Source of the DNA: the human T2T-CHM13v2.0 reference genome, Homo sapiens
Assembly: GCF_009914755.1 (NCBI RefSeq)
Contig: NC_060936.1
Strand: one strand, 5' to 3'
Length of the DNA stretch: 64,000 nt
A model generated the notes under the pieces. The model saw only the letters and a list, made by a program, of their open reading frames with translations. It was not told the origin of the DNA and did no database searches. A program made the translations under genes and the position numbers. Positions 1 to 12,451 of this stretch are shown here, piece by piece. Each line of letters begins with the position of its first letter. Within the stretch, counting starts at the first letter, position 1.

Positions 1-1130
1 AGAATTGGGGTTGTAAGGGGTGGGGAACAATGTGAGCAGGGGAGGGATCTGGAGTGGGGTCTGAGGTGGCAACAGCTGCTTGAGGGGGAGAATTGGGGGT
101 ATTGAGTGGAGGAAGATGGTCTAGGGGATCCCATGTGTTGATGGGCTGTCTAGGAATAGGGACCTTTTCTCTTTCAGAGCAGTAAGATTCTAGCTTGCTC
201 CCTCTGATTTTTAGAGGGTAAAGGAGGACAGGTCCTTGCCTCCAACAAAGAGCATACTCTATATCCTCCAGAGACACAGGGCTTTTGTCATTAATATGTT
301 CCATTAAAAGTTAACAAATCCATTCTTCACTGGACCCAAATTTTGGCCAGAAAATTGAGGGTTTGAGGATTGGCTCTCGAGCCCAAATGAAGCAAAAATA
401 CTTTATCATTTGCTGCTTTCTTTTATGTTTGGTTCTTTTATTATCTTACCAATATTTTAGCATAATCCCTAGGCAACTATCAGGAGGAATTTCATCATCT
501 GCCTGGCTCTTTATTTTCCCTGTCTTATTTGAAACATTTCCCATCTTGGAGGTTTGGTATGGTGTCTAACTGGAGCAGGCTTTTTCCCTGGAGTTTTCAA
601 CCTCCCCTCTATTGGAGGTTTCTAATGCTTCTGGGTGTGTGGGGGCTCAACCTCTCCTACTAGAGATTTCTTGCCCTCCCTTCTTCTAGAAGCTGTGTGT
701 GAGTCTCAATCTCTCCTACTAGAGATTTCTTGCCTTTCTTCTCCTAGAAGCTTAGCTCCCCTTTTACTGGATGTTTCTTGCAATCTTCTCCTTTTGTTTT
801 GTACTCACTCAGCACAGTAGTAGTGCTCGTTACCATTCACACACTTTCAACCTCCAAGATATCCCGACCTCCAAGGAAATACTTTATTGCCCCTGCAACA
901 TTTCTTACCTTGTCCTGTGCATAGAGTTACCTGGTTGCCGTGGTAGGTAGGTAAGAATCCTTTCCACCCACGTTGCTGAGAGTGTGGGTTTATTCGTCAT
1001 GCTGGGGGAGGTCCTGATCCCTTTCCCTCTGAGGCCAACGCAACGAGAGAGTGTGACGCATCTCCTCATGGGAGATGATCTGGGACCCTTCCCCAGAGGA
1101 GAAAGGGTATCCCTGATGAGCCCCTATGAT
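1..1130 (-). mobile_element. ERV1 internal region (leader plus degenerate gag), continuing off the left edge
   Basis: tRNA-Pro-like PBS (AGGGGCTCATCAGGGAT) at about 1108-1125 next to the LTR; gag-like start MGNVSNKTGKIKSQADDEIPPDSCLGIMLKYW* from ATG 544. Confidence 0.75.
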
Positions 1131-1628
1131 TGTTAGAAACAAGTGCTCTGTGCTGCAAAGAAGAACCAGCACTGAGACAAAGGATTTCTCAGCAAGGCAA
1201 TTTACTTCTGCAGAAGGGTGCTGCCTGCATCAGCCATGCAGCACACTGAACAAAGGAGGGTAAGAGTTTTTATTCCTAACACGGTCCCTGCTTCTGTGTA
1301 GTTCCCCATTGGCTGGAGTCAAGACCACACAACCTAAACTAGTCCTGATTGGCTAAACACTTAAACCTTCTATGTAAGGTAGATGAGTGATGGGGGAGAA
1401 GGAGGGAAGAGAAGAGGGCCACCTGTGGAGAATAAGGCTAAACTTTTTCCAAATAAGGAAAGGAATGTAGAGTGAGGCTGACATGTCTAGGCATGTCAGG
1501 GCACAGCAAGAGCAGGAGGGCTGTTTGCAGGCTAGAAAGAAGAGAGTACAAGAAGGTTGAGCCTCTGAGCAAAGAACAAGGACATTGCACAATTAAGCCC
1601 TTTGAAGAGGAATTTATCCTCTCTGGCA
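1131..1628 (-). mobile_element. ERV1 5' LTR (MER83/MER84-like, tentative)
   Basis: TG...CA termini on the minus strand; CCAAT boxes; abuts the PBS. Confidence 0.7.
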
Positions 1629-3084
1629 TGAATTAATGGTGTGATTAGTTCCATATGTTGCCAGACCTTACCAGTTGTGAAGCCAGCAAGTCCAAGAATT
1701 CTCAAAACCCCAAAAGTAGTTTATAACCTTAAAACATTTAGCAAACCTTGACTCCAACCTGCATAATTTAGCTCACCTATTTACATTTTAGTGACACCTG
1801 CATTTTACCAATAATTTTTAAGGCTGTTTTTATTTCTCAAAGATTAAAGTCATGTGAACTGAAAGTACCACAGCTTTTATCTTCCCCTTAAAAAAATACT
1901 TGATCCAAGCACTTTTCTTTAGGACAAATTAATTAGAGCTCTTTTTGTAAACATCACACACAGTATACACACAGACAGGCAGAAGAAAACCCAGTCCCTG
2001 GGTCCATTTTTTTTAAGAGACAGGGCTAGGAGAACATGTAGATATCTAACCTGATAGGGTTAGATATCTCATCACCTAAGGCAGGGCTGCTAAACAAAGC
2101 CTTGTCATGCAGTTACTGGCCATGCCCCCAGGATGTAAAGCAAGATGGAGGCCTGCAACACAAACCATACAGACATGCAAAGCACACCAGATTGGCTATA
2201 GCCCAAGACTAGCCCCACAAATCCTTTTTCACAACAAAAACTTTAGAGAGTACAAACAGTGATAGTTGGGGGGCCTGGCCTTGTAAAAATGTCCTCTAAA
2301 AGGAAAAAAAAATGTAAAGGTTAACTGCTGATGGGGTAGAAGAAGGGGATAAAAAAATCAGTTTAAAATGCCTGGGGAAGAACCTCTTATTCTTATGAAA
2401 GTGGATGCTCCACCAGGGGAAAAGCTTAATTTTCATCCAATAAAGCTGAAGCCCTTGGGTGGGGAAGGGGAAGGCTGTGGTGGCTTATGGCTGGGAGCCA
2501 GCCAGCTGGCTCTGCAGGACCCTTAGGCCGTGAGTCCCAACCCCTGCATGGAGGGGAGGCAGAGTGAGGAGACCCCACTTGCCTGTCCCTCTTGAAAAAG
2601 GAAGAAAATGGCCTTTCCCCTGACCCTTAGAGTGACAGGGTTTGGGGGCATGTTTCCCCCACCCTCAGAAGCTGGAGGATGAAAATAGGAGCGACAGTGA
2701 GAGGTTTCGAGTCCTCATTTCATTCGCCTCTTCTCGAGCACCCATGTTATGTGCCAAAATTGTTGCAGGACTTTTCCTTAGTTCAGCTAAAGATGGTGTT
2801 CTTGTCCTGCCCATGTCCATAAAAATCTATGCTCACAGATGTTTTAGAGGATGAGTAAATCTGGGTTTTATTGGGTGAAAAGCAAAAAAAAAAAAAAAGG
2901 AAAACAGGATGCTCTGCTAGAGCACTTCCTGCTGACCATTCTAATCTCAGGTTCCACACAGGAAGAGGAGGGACCGTGCTCGCTCTTCTTTGCTGCAAAA
3001 GTTGTGAACTTCCCAAGGCTCCACCTCAGTGGGCAGACTGGTGGGAGTTTCTCCCGGGCACTGCTTCCCACCTGCCTGTCTCAT
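1629..3084 (-). mobile_element. Second, older ERV1 (MER61-like): 5' LTR 2761-3084 plus internal leader, interrupted by the element to its left
   Basis: LTR TGAGACAGG...AAGTCCTGCAACA with AATAAA, followed by PBS-like TTTTGGCAC. Confidence 0.65.
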
Positions 3085-3428
3085 TTTCACACTGTAATCA
3101 AGATACTTTTTTTTCTCTAGTTTTTCTTACTATCTATCCATTTATACTCACATTCCTACTTGTTCTGAAAGATCACAGTTACCCAGGCAGGTAATTAAAA
3201 CTGCACTAATGCAACAAGGCAGCTTTGATACAACCTTTGAATGCCCTATAGAATTTAAATTTTATGAAGCATCCAAATATGTGCCCCAAATTAATTTTCT
3301 TTCCTTTTTCTTACTTGGGAGATTGCATTTTTTTTTTCACGAACCTACTATTTGGTCACTTTGATATTTATTACTCTAGTCTATATAGTATGTTATAATT
3401 TTTATGTATAACTCATAATTTATCAGTG

Positions 3429-3434
3429 TTTATT
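3429..3434 (-). terminator. Candidate CLEC2A polyadenylation signal AATAAA
   Basis: tttatt on + strand about 350 nt past the stop, just beyond a MaLR LTR fragment in the 3' UTR. Confidence 0.55.
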
Positions 3435-3443
3435 ATTTGTAGA

Positions 3444-3690
3444 TGCTATGTTCTGAGTATTTGGGTCCTCCCAAAACTCATAAATTGAAAGCTAATCACC
3501 AGTGTGATGGTATTAGGGGATGGAGCCATCCATCAGGAGGTGATTTGTTCATGAGGATGGAGCCATAGTAAATGTGATTGTGCCCTTATAAAAGGCTCCA
3601 GAGAACGGCCTTGTCTCTTTAACCATGGCAGGGCACAGCAAGAAGTTTCCATCTATAAACTAGAAAATGGGCCCTCACCAGAGGTTCCGT
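3444..3690 (+). mobile_element. MaLR LTR fragment (MST/MLT1) in the CLEC2A 3' UTR
   Basis: tgctatg...cccaaaactcat...gtgatggtattagg...gcccttataaaagg MaLR motifs. Confidence 0.7.
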
Positions 3691-3784
3691 ATTCTGTAAC
3701 AGAATAAGTGAGAAAGCCACTTTTGCATAATTAGCTCTTCTTTCAATCTTGAAGTGTGATAATCATTTTCAAGTTTTTTCTGCT

Positions 3785-3899
3785 CTATAAAAAATATTTA
3801 GGTTTGCTGCAAATCCACTTGATATCAATAAATCCTCTGGAACTATGGACTCCATCAGCACTCAAGAAAGCAAAGGATCCGTTCCCTATAATTTCAAAC
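3785..3899 (-). CDS. CLEC2A: CLEC2A exon 5 (last coding): FEIIGNGSFAFLSADGVHSSRGFIDIKWICSKPKYFL*
   Basis: ttctttttcag|G TTT GAA...TTT TTA TAG; 115 nt; the five exons sum to 525 nt = 174 aa + stop. Confidence 0.97.
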
Positions 3900-4377
3900 C
3901 TGAAAAAGAACACTCTAAATCAGTCTGGGAACCACTTACGGCTGTAATCAAAAAGACAATTAATAATAGAGTGATTTTAAATATATTATACCAAACACTG
4001 AGCTCCCAGAAAATATACCCACCCATCACCATATGCTGCATTAAAATATCTGGTATATTAAGGGAAAAATAAGACTGAACATAAGTGTTGGAGTTAAAAT
4101 CTGTAACCCTATTTAGAACAACTTGTAGATAGGCAGATAGACACATATAGGTATACAAAGACGGGGTAAAACCCTTCTTTCCTTCCATTCTTCCTTCCTT
4201 CCTTGGTTCTTTCCTTCCTTTCTTCTTTCTTTCCTTTCTATCTATATGCAAAGAGAGAGTGTTTGCCAAATTCAAAGATTCCTGAAATTAAAAAAATTCA
4301 GTTTTCTGGCATAATTTTAGGCAATGTACTTTTTCAAAAAGTAAAAATAAGATTTATATTTACTTGGTACTTTTGAA

Positions 4378-4435
4378 ACATACTGCAATAGAAACCTAAG
4401 AGACTGCATACTGCAATAGAAACCTAAGAGACTGC
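4378..4435. repeat. 28-bp tandem duplication (catactgcaatagaaacctaagagactg x2)
   Basis: Exact direct repeat. Confidence 0.9.
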
Positions 4436-4459
4436 TTATAGTCTTTTTTTTACATTTTA

Positions 4460-6095
4460 TCCTCATGGATAGAAAGAATCAATATTGTGAAAATGGCCAT
4501 ATTGCCCAAAGTAATTTAAAGATCCAATGCAATACCCATCAAACTACCTTTGACATTCTCCACAGAATTAGAAGAAAACTACTTTAAATTTCATATGAAA
4601 CCAAAAAAGAGCCCATATAGCCAAGACAATCCTAAACAAAAAGAGCAAAGCTGGAGGCATCATGCTACCTGACTTCAAACCATGCTACAAGGCTACAGTA
4701 ACCAAAACAGCATGGTACTGGTACCAAAACAGACATACAGACCAATGGAACAGAATAGAGACCTCAGAAATAATGCCACACATCTACAACCATCTGAACT
4801 TTGACAAACCTGACAAAAACAAGCAATGGGGGAAGGATTCTCTATTTAATAAATGGCGCTGGGAAAACTGGCTATCCATACACAGAAAACTGAAACTGGA
4901 CCCCTTCCTTACACCTTATACAAAAATTAACTCAAGATGGATTAAAGACTTAAATGTAAAACCCCAAACCATAAAACCCCTAGAAAAAAATCTAGGCAAT
5001 ATCATTCAGGACATAGGCATGGGCAAAGACTTCATGATGAAAACGTCAAAAGCAACAAAAGCCAAAACTGACATATGGGATCTAATTAAACTAAAGAGCT
5101 TCTGCACAGCAAAAGAAACTATCATCAGAGTAAACAAGCAACTAACAGAATGGGATAAAATTTTTGCAATCTACCCATCTGTCAAAGGTCTAATATCCAG
5201 GATCTACAAGGAACTTAAATAAATTTATAAGAAAAAAAACATCAAAAAGTAGGCAAAGGATATGAACAGACAACTCTCAAAAGAAGACATTTATGCAGCC
5301 AACAAACATTTGAAAAAAAAAGCTCAACATCACTGATCTTTAGAGAAATGCAAATCAAAACAATAATGAGATACCATCTCATGCCAATCAGAATGGCAAT
5401 TATTAAAAAGTCAAAAAACTAAAGATGCTGGTGAGGCTGTGGCGAGATAGGAATGCTTATACACTGCTGGTGGGAGTGTAAATTAGTTCAACCATCGTAG
5501 AAGACAGTGTGGTGATTCCTCAAGGATCTAGAACCAGAAATACCATTTAACCCAGCAATCCCATTACTGGATATATACCCAAAGGAATATAAGTAATTCT
5601 ATTATAAAGACATATGCACACATATGTTTATTGCAGCACTATTTACAATAGCAAAAACATGGAATCAACCCAAAGGGCTATCAAAGATAGACTGGTTAAA
5701 AAAAAATGTGGTACATATACACCATGGAATACTGTTCAACCATAAAAAAGAATGAGTCCATGTTCTTTGCAGGGACATGGATGAATCTGGAAACTGTCAT
5801 CCTCAGCAAACTAACACAGGAACAGAAAACCAAACACTGCATGTTCTCACTCATAAGTGAGAGTTGAACAGTGAGAACACATGGACACAGAAAGGGCAAC
5901 AACACACACTGGGGGCAGTAGGGGGTGGGAGAAAGGGGAGGAAGAGCATTAGGACAAACAGCTAATGCATGTGGAGCTTCAAACCTAGATGATGGATTGG
6001 TAGGTGCAACAATCCACCATGGCACACACATACCTATGTAACAAACCTACACATTTTGCATTTGTATCCCAGAACTTACAGTAAAATAAAAATAT
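4460..6095 (+). mobile_element. 5'-truncated L1PA (ORF2 3' part, 3' UTR, A tail)
   Basis: ORF 4662-5222 is L1 ORF2p C-terminal sequence; typical L1PA 3' UTR. Confidence 0.95.
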
Positions 6096-6918
6096 ATTTT
6101 TTAATTAATTTTCTTTGTTGATAAACAAATCTTTCCTTATTTATAAGTATAATTTGTCCTGTCTTGCATATTTCAATATTTGTTTTATTGGTTGCTTTTT
6201 TTAATCTAGCACGTTACTAAAATAATAAGGCAGAGATACATATGTATCCAAGAAACAATTATATAAATAAAAAAGTAAGCTAAATAAAAAATAAACAAAA
6301 ATTAAAAAAATAAATATAATATTGCTTATGATGAACATTTGGAAAGCTAAAGACAACTATACAATCCTCAACCATTTTAACCCAAGAAACACTTTTAACA
6401 ATTTTAACCCACCCAGGAAATGCTTACAGAAATAAAAATAAATAAAATAAGCAACAAATAAATAAAAACAAGTAGTATTCATTGTGGTGGGCATTTGGAA
6501 TGTTAAAGACAACTATAAAGTCTTTAACCCTTTAAAGACAAAGAAATCTTATATACACTTTACTTGGAAAGAAGTACAAGTAATACGTGAGTTTTGGCTT
6601 AAAATTTGCAGAATGATTAAATTTGAATTAGCAAAAGAGAACTAATTGTCAAGCAAGAGCTTGATAATAAAGATAAAATAACAAATAAAAATAAAAATGG
6701 AAGATTTCACCATGTGTCATTTAACAAGGTGAGAAGAAAATGGGTTGCTCTAGGATATGCTTCAATGTGAAAGGGCATATGTCATAGATTGGAGACTGAA
6801 AAGTTAATTCCACATGGAAAACAGAAAGATTTGTTTATAATAATACAACTCAAAATGATTTAAAATTTTTCATATGACACACCAGAATAAGAACATTGCT
6901 AATACATTGGAAACTCAC

Positions 6919-7022
6919 CAATCATTGAATGTGGTGCCATTTGTCCATTTCCAAGAATCTCCTTGTTTCCTGCTTAGTCCAATCCAGTGCATATCAGTTC
7001 CTGCGTACCTCTTCAAAAATTC
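6919..7022 (-). CDS. CLEC2A: CLEC2A exon 4: EFLKRYAGTDMHWIGLSRKQGDSWKWTNGTTFND(W)
   Basis: aag|GAA TTT...AAT GAT TG|gtgag; 104 nt; WIGL motif. Confidence 0.97.
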
Positions 7023-7429
7023 CTTTCACAAAACAAAGGGAATCAGCGATTACTTAATATGTTACAGCACATTGCTGAACATGCTTCCCACCCCAATTAT
7101 TCTATCTTTTAGGATTCACATTCTAATTTGTCTTCCCTGATGCTTCTATAACAACAAACAGCACAGATGTTGATGTTTGGGTTAGTTTTATCAGAAAGAT
7201 TTTCATTTTGCTTTTTTGCATCTTAAGTATCTCCAGATAATTGGGCTACAACCAAGTCATTGATACCCTTTAGTATGAATGTCACTGATATTGTATGTTT
7301 TTTCATATAATCAGAGATAAAACTAACTTCTATATAAATATAATTTACTGCAATGAAATCTATTATGTGATGGCTTTAGTCACTGCTCTATTGGCTTTTT
7401 GCTATTAAGCCACAAACCTTTCATTAGCT

Positions 7430-10400
7430 TTTTGTTCTTTTAACTTTTATTTTAGGTTCTGTGATATATGTGAAGGTTTGTTACAGAGGTAGACTTGTGT
7501 CATGAAGGTTTGTTTTACAGATTATTTCATCACCCAAGTATTAAGCCCACTAACCAATAGTTATATCTGTCATATCTGCCATCACATAGTTCTGGGTTAA
7601 TTATGGCAATATGCTAATTGAGATCAATAGGAGAGGACTGGAAAGTGTTTTATGTACATCATTTACATAGGCACTGAACAAACTTCTGTGTTAAACAGAA
7701 CAATTAACTAATTAAAAGTGAGTCTTACCCAATCCAAATATACATGTCAGTACTAGATCAAAGATAAAAGTAGACAGACTCATTAGTTCACAAAAGTCAT
7801 TTAAAAATTAACTCATCCATAACAAAAGAATCATAAGTCAATCACGTAAACACCACCGCAACCATTGTTGTTCTGGTTTTAGCTCTTTGAGGAATTGCCA
7901 CACTGCTTTCCACAATGGTGGAACTATTTTCACTCCAACCAATAGTGTATAAGTGTTCTTTTCTCTGCAACCTTGCTAGCATTTGTGGTTTTTTGACTTT
8001 TTAATAATATCCATTCTGACTGGTGTGAGATGATATCTCGTTGTGGTTTTAATGTGCACTTCTCTAATGATCAGTGATGTTGAGCTTTTTTTCATGTTTG
8101 TTGGTGAAATGTATGTCTTCTTTTAAAAAGGGTCTCTTTATGCCCTTTGCCCAATTTTAATAGGGTTGTTTTTCTCTTGTAAATTTGTTTTAAGTTCCTT
8201 AGAGATGCTGATGTTAGACTTTGACAGATGCATAGCTTGCAAAAGTTTTCTCCCATTCTGTAGTTTGTCTGTTTACTGTGTTAATAGTTTCTTTTGCTGT
8301 GCAGAAACTCTTAAGTTTAATTAGATAATATTTGTCAATTTTTGCATTTTTTTTTACTATTGCTTTTGTTGTCTTTGTCATGAAATTTGCCTGTTTCAAT
8401 GTCCAGGATGGTATTGCCTAGGTTTTCTTCCAGTCTTTTTATAGTTTGGGGTTTTACATTTAGGTCTTTAATCCATCCTGAGTTGATTTTTGTATATGGT
8501 ATAAGGAAGGAGTCTTGCTTCAATCCTTTGCATATGGCTAGCCAGTTATTCCAGCACAATTGATTAAATATGGAGTTCTTTTCCTATTGCTTGTTTTTGT
8601 CAGCTTTGTCAAAGATCAGATGGTCGTAGGTGTGTGTCCTTATTTCTGGGCTCTCTATTCTGTTCCACTGGTCTATGTGCCTGTTTTTGTACCAGTACCA
8701 TGCTGTTTTGGTTACTGTAGCCCTGTAGTATAGTTTGCAGTCAGGTAACATGATGCTCCTAGCTTTATTCTTTTTGCTTAGGATTGCCTTGGCAATTTGG
8801 GCTCTTTTATGATTCCATATGAATTTTAAAATAGTTTTTTCTTTCTAATTTCATGAAGAATATCATTGGTAGTTTGACAGGAATAGCATTGAATTTCTGT
8901 CAGTTCAATGCCATTCCAGCCAGTTCAGCCTCGTTAAGAACTCTTGTTGGAGAACTGGTGCAGTTGTTTGGAAAACATATGACACTCTGACTATTTGAGT
9001 TACTGGAGTTCTTGCATTAATTCTGTCTCATCTCTGCAGTGGGTGTCAATTTAACTGCAGTGTATATTTAGTACAGTCGATAGATCTCTTTTCTGTTTGT
9101 TTTCATAGGGCTGAAGCTTTGTGCAGGGTCTTTATTTGAAGGTGACTTCTTTAATTTTAGAGGGGGTTATGTTAGTGAGATATTTTTGGTGTTGAAGATT
9201 TGAGGTGTGATCCAGTAGGTTGCGCTTGGACGTATTTGTCAGTTGGGAGACTCTTGATCCATTGTGTGACTCCCTTACTTTTCCTCACAGTTGCAGCCAT
9301 GTTCTCTCTCAATGTTCTGAAAATGTGGGTTTCTCTCCCACTTGAGTGCTGGCTATAGATTGTGACTTGGCAATTCTAGGCTGCCCACTGCAGCTCTTGG
9401 GTGATCTCAGTGTTTATGTTTCTTCCCCAACTTGGAGGCAGCAATGGAAGAGACCTTAGTAGTGGTTAAAGCCAATGGTCTTTTGCTTTTCTCCTGGGAG
9501 CTTCACTCCAGAGAGATGCAAGTAAGCAATCATTCAGTGCAATCAGCCCAGGATGGAGGGTCTCTGCTGTGGGCCCAAGCTGGAGGTTCCATGTCTGGTG
9601 ATGAGCAAGGTGGGTGAGCAGAGCCTGTGGAGATGGACTGGCCTCCTCTCCTGCAACTTGTTGGAGGTGTGGATGAGAGACTTAGGGTCTTTGCTCCTTC
9701 ATTAGTCTGAGGGCAGCAAGGGCAGTTCCAGTGCAGAGGCAGTGGCAGAGAGGTTTCCTGTTGCCCCTGGAGGCTCTCTCTAAGACATTCCAGAGCTGCT
9801 ACTGGCTCAATAGCGCTTGCGAGGGGGGCTGGAGGCCCAGGCCTGGAGGACCCTCCTGGTGAGGAGACAAGGAGATGGGCACTCATGTAACAGTCTGGCC
9901 ACTTTATCATAGGGCTGCTGTGGTATGCTGGTGGCCATCTCCAGTCCCTATTTACCTCGGATTTTCTGATACCTGTAGGTACCAACAGTGAAGCCTACAA
10001 AACAGCAAAGAAGGTGGCCTGCCCCTCCCTCTGTGAGCTCTGTGCCAGGGAGGTACATAGCTATTACCGGCCCAAGAACACCTGTAGGAGGCAGCTAAAG
10101 ACCCTGGTTAGAGATCCTGCCCAGTGAGGAGGAATGGGATTGGGTACCCACTTACAAGGGCAGTCTGGCCACTTTTTTGTAGAGCAGCTGTGCCGTGCTG
10201 GGGGACCACTTCCACCCCTGGTCAACTTGGACTCTCCAAAGCCTGAAGGCTGGATGGCTAAGTCACCCAAACAGCAAAGATGGCTGCCCACATCTCCCTC
10301 TGGGAGCTGTTTCAGGGAGGTGCAATGCTGTTATTGATGGCTGGCTAGAACTCCAAGCCAGTGGGTCCTATCCTGTGAGATGCCATGGAAGTGGGTCCTG

Positions 10401-10930
10401 CAGAATGTCGCTGCTCAGCCTCCTGGATTCAGCCCCTTTACTAGGGATGTGTAAGGGGGTCTAACCTCCCTCTTCGCTGGAGTTTCAACTACTTTTGCTG
10501 GGAAGCCTGGAACTCCTGGCTATCTGAGGCTCCCGGGTCACTGCACATGCCTGAGAGGCTGCTCTTTTGAAGCTCCACTTAGCTCTGTGTGTCAGACTGA
10601 AGGCCCCGGTGGAGTTGGTTTACAAGGGGATCTCCTGACCCGAGGGTTGCAAAGATCCATGGGAGCAGCATGGGTTCCAGGGGTTGCACATTCACTCACC
10701 ACTTCCCTGGGCGAGGGGAGTTCCCCTGGCTCCATGTCGTTCCCAGGTTGGCCATCGACCTGCCTTGCTTTTCTTCATTGTCTATGGGTTGAGTTGTTTC
10801 CTTGATTAGTTCCATTGCGTGTACCCTGGATGTTTCAGTTCAAAGTGCTGTATTTACTCACCCCTTCAGTTCCTCTCTTTGAGAGCTGCGCACTCCAGCT
10901 ACTTCTAGTCGGCCATCTTGGCCACTCTCC
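7430..10930 (-). mobile_element. Old L1P (L1PA13-16-like) with 5' UTR retained and most of ORF1/ORF2 deleted
   Basis: 3' end at about 7430; ORF2 tail 7865-8895; abrupt jump to ORF1 start/5' UTR at about 8900; 5' end GGAGAGTGGCCAAGATGGCCGACTAGAA (YY1 site) at about 10905-10930. Confidence 0.85.
7575..7863 (-). pseudogene. Diverged duplicate of CLEC2A promoter, 5' UTR and start of exon 1 (ATG changed to ATA)
   Basis: Aligns by eye to 22518-22793 at about 85% with indels; reads GCC ATA ATT AAC CCA GAA CTA TGT GAT GGC AGA (I-I-N-P-E-L-C-D-G-R). Confidence 0.9.
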
Positions 10931-11214
10931 AACCCCCAGCTTTTCTTTAAAAACTAATCTATTTTCTTACTCTGTGTCCCTAGAGTCCACGTGTCTCCTT
11001 CTTTGCCCTCTTTACTTCCATTAATTCACTCGCGTCTTCGAAGTGCACATATTTCCTTCATTTCCTTGTCTCTAAATTCTAAGAGCTGTATTTTTAAAAA
11101 TTTTTTCTGTCTATGCTTGGTAGAATGCAAATTGAAAAGGGTTTAAAAAATCTACTTAATAATCTAAGAACATTTAACGAAGACATTTAGATACATAAAC
11201 AGTATGCATTGTGG

Positions 11215-11425
11215 TAAAGGACATGGCATCACTAGTCATCTTGCCTGGGTTCAAATCCCAGCCCAACAACTTATGGCTGTGTCATTGGCTGGGTTACATA
11301 ACATTTCTGTGACTGACTTTCCTCATCTTTAAAGTAGGGAGAGTTATATAACTCCTTCATGGGTGTTAGTAGAAGATTACATGAGATTATATAGTTTCAG
11401 TGCTTAGAACACTGTTGAGCACACA
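11215..11425. mobile_element. MIR
   Basis: cctgggttcaaatccca...ctgtgtcattgg...tttcctcatct core. Confidence 0.75.
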
Positions 11426-11435
11426 TTGTCATATA

Positions 11436-12200
11436 CAGTTGACTCAAACAATGTGGCAGTTAGGGGCACTGACCGCCTGTGCAGTCAAAAGTCTGTATAT
11501 AACTTTTGACTCCTCAAAAAGTTAACCATGCTGTTTATGGTATCTCATGCTAATTCTAGCACTTTGGGAGGCTGAGGCAGTAGAATTGCTTGATCTCAGT
11601 TTGAGACCAGCCTGGACAACATAGTGAGACCTCATCTCTACAAAAAATAAACAAAATTAGCCAGGAGTGGTGGTCTGCACCTGTAGTCCCAGCTACTCAG
11701 GAGGCTAAGGTGGGAGGATTGCTTGATCCCAGGAATTCAAGGCTACAGTGAGCTGAGATTGCACCACTGCACTCCAGCCTAGGTGCCAGAGTGAGACTCT
11801 GTCTTAAAAACAAACAAACAAACAAACAAAAAACAAAAACAGAAAACTTAGCCACTAGTAGCCTGCTGTTGACTGGAAGTCTTACTGGTAACATAAAAGT
11901 AAATTAACATATATTTTCATGTTATTTGAATTATATGCTGTATTATTACCATAAAGGAAGCTAGAGAAAAGAAGATGTTATTAAGAAAATCACAAGAAAG
12001 AGAAAATCTATTTACTATTCATTAAGTGGAAGTGAAGACATCGTAAAAGTCTTCATCCTCGTTGTTTTCATATTGAGTAGGCTGAGGAGGGGGAAGAAGA
12101 GGAGGGTTTGCTCTTGCTGTCTCAAGGGTGGCAGAGGAAAAATAATCCAGGTATAAGTGAACCCACATAGTTCAAACCCATGTTGTTCAAGGATCAATTG
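11436..12200. mobile_element. Tigger2-family MITE (TA target), interrupted by an AluJ at about 11527-11845
   Basis: TA|CAGTTGAC...GATCAATTG|TA termini. Confidence 0.8.
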
Positions 12201-12284
12201 TATTATAGTATTAGCTATTATTGTTTTATTATGTTTTTATACAAATAATCTCTGAAATTACTGAAGACTTTTCTGTTTTCTTAC

Positions 12285-12451
12285 CATGTCTTCTTGTGTA
12301 TCAATCTGAGCAAGTTCTGCTTTCTGCAAACTACAAAATATTTTACTGGCTGTCCAATTTCTGGTATCATCAGAAAAATAGAAACACTTATCTCTCACTC
12401 CAAGCCAGTCCCCTGAACATGCCACAGGTTTAGCATGCTTGGACCATGTGG
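12285..12451 (-). CDS. CLEC2A: CLEC2A exon 3, CTLD start: (A)TWSKHAKPVACSGDWLGVRDKCFYFSDDTRNWTASKIFCSLQKAELAQIDTQEDM
   Basis: tttttcag|CC ACA TGG...GAC ATG|gtaag; 167 nt; CxxxW...KCFYFS motif. Confidence 0.97.

Noticed and set aside
3886-4275. 129-aa minus ORF with a hydrophobic stretch, and an AG-CC-GTAAGT motif at 3934-3943
   Set aside because: Intronic. The alternative acceptor at 3941 gives a stop after 7 codons, and the donor is only 40 nt from the exon 5 acceptor
4662-5222. 186-aa ORF (and the 204-aa ORF at 13478-14092)
   Set aside because: Fragments of L1 ORF2p in truncated elements, not host genes
3785-12451. CLEC2A CTLD has only four cysteines, lacking one canonical disulfide
   Set aside because: Known property of KACL; the ORF is intact, so not a sign of pseudogenisation
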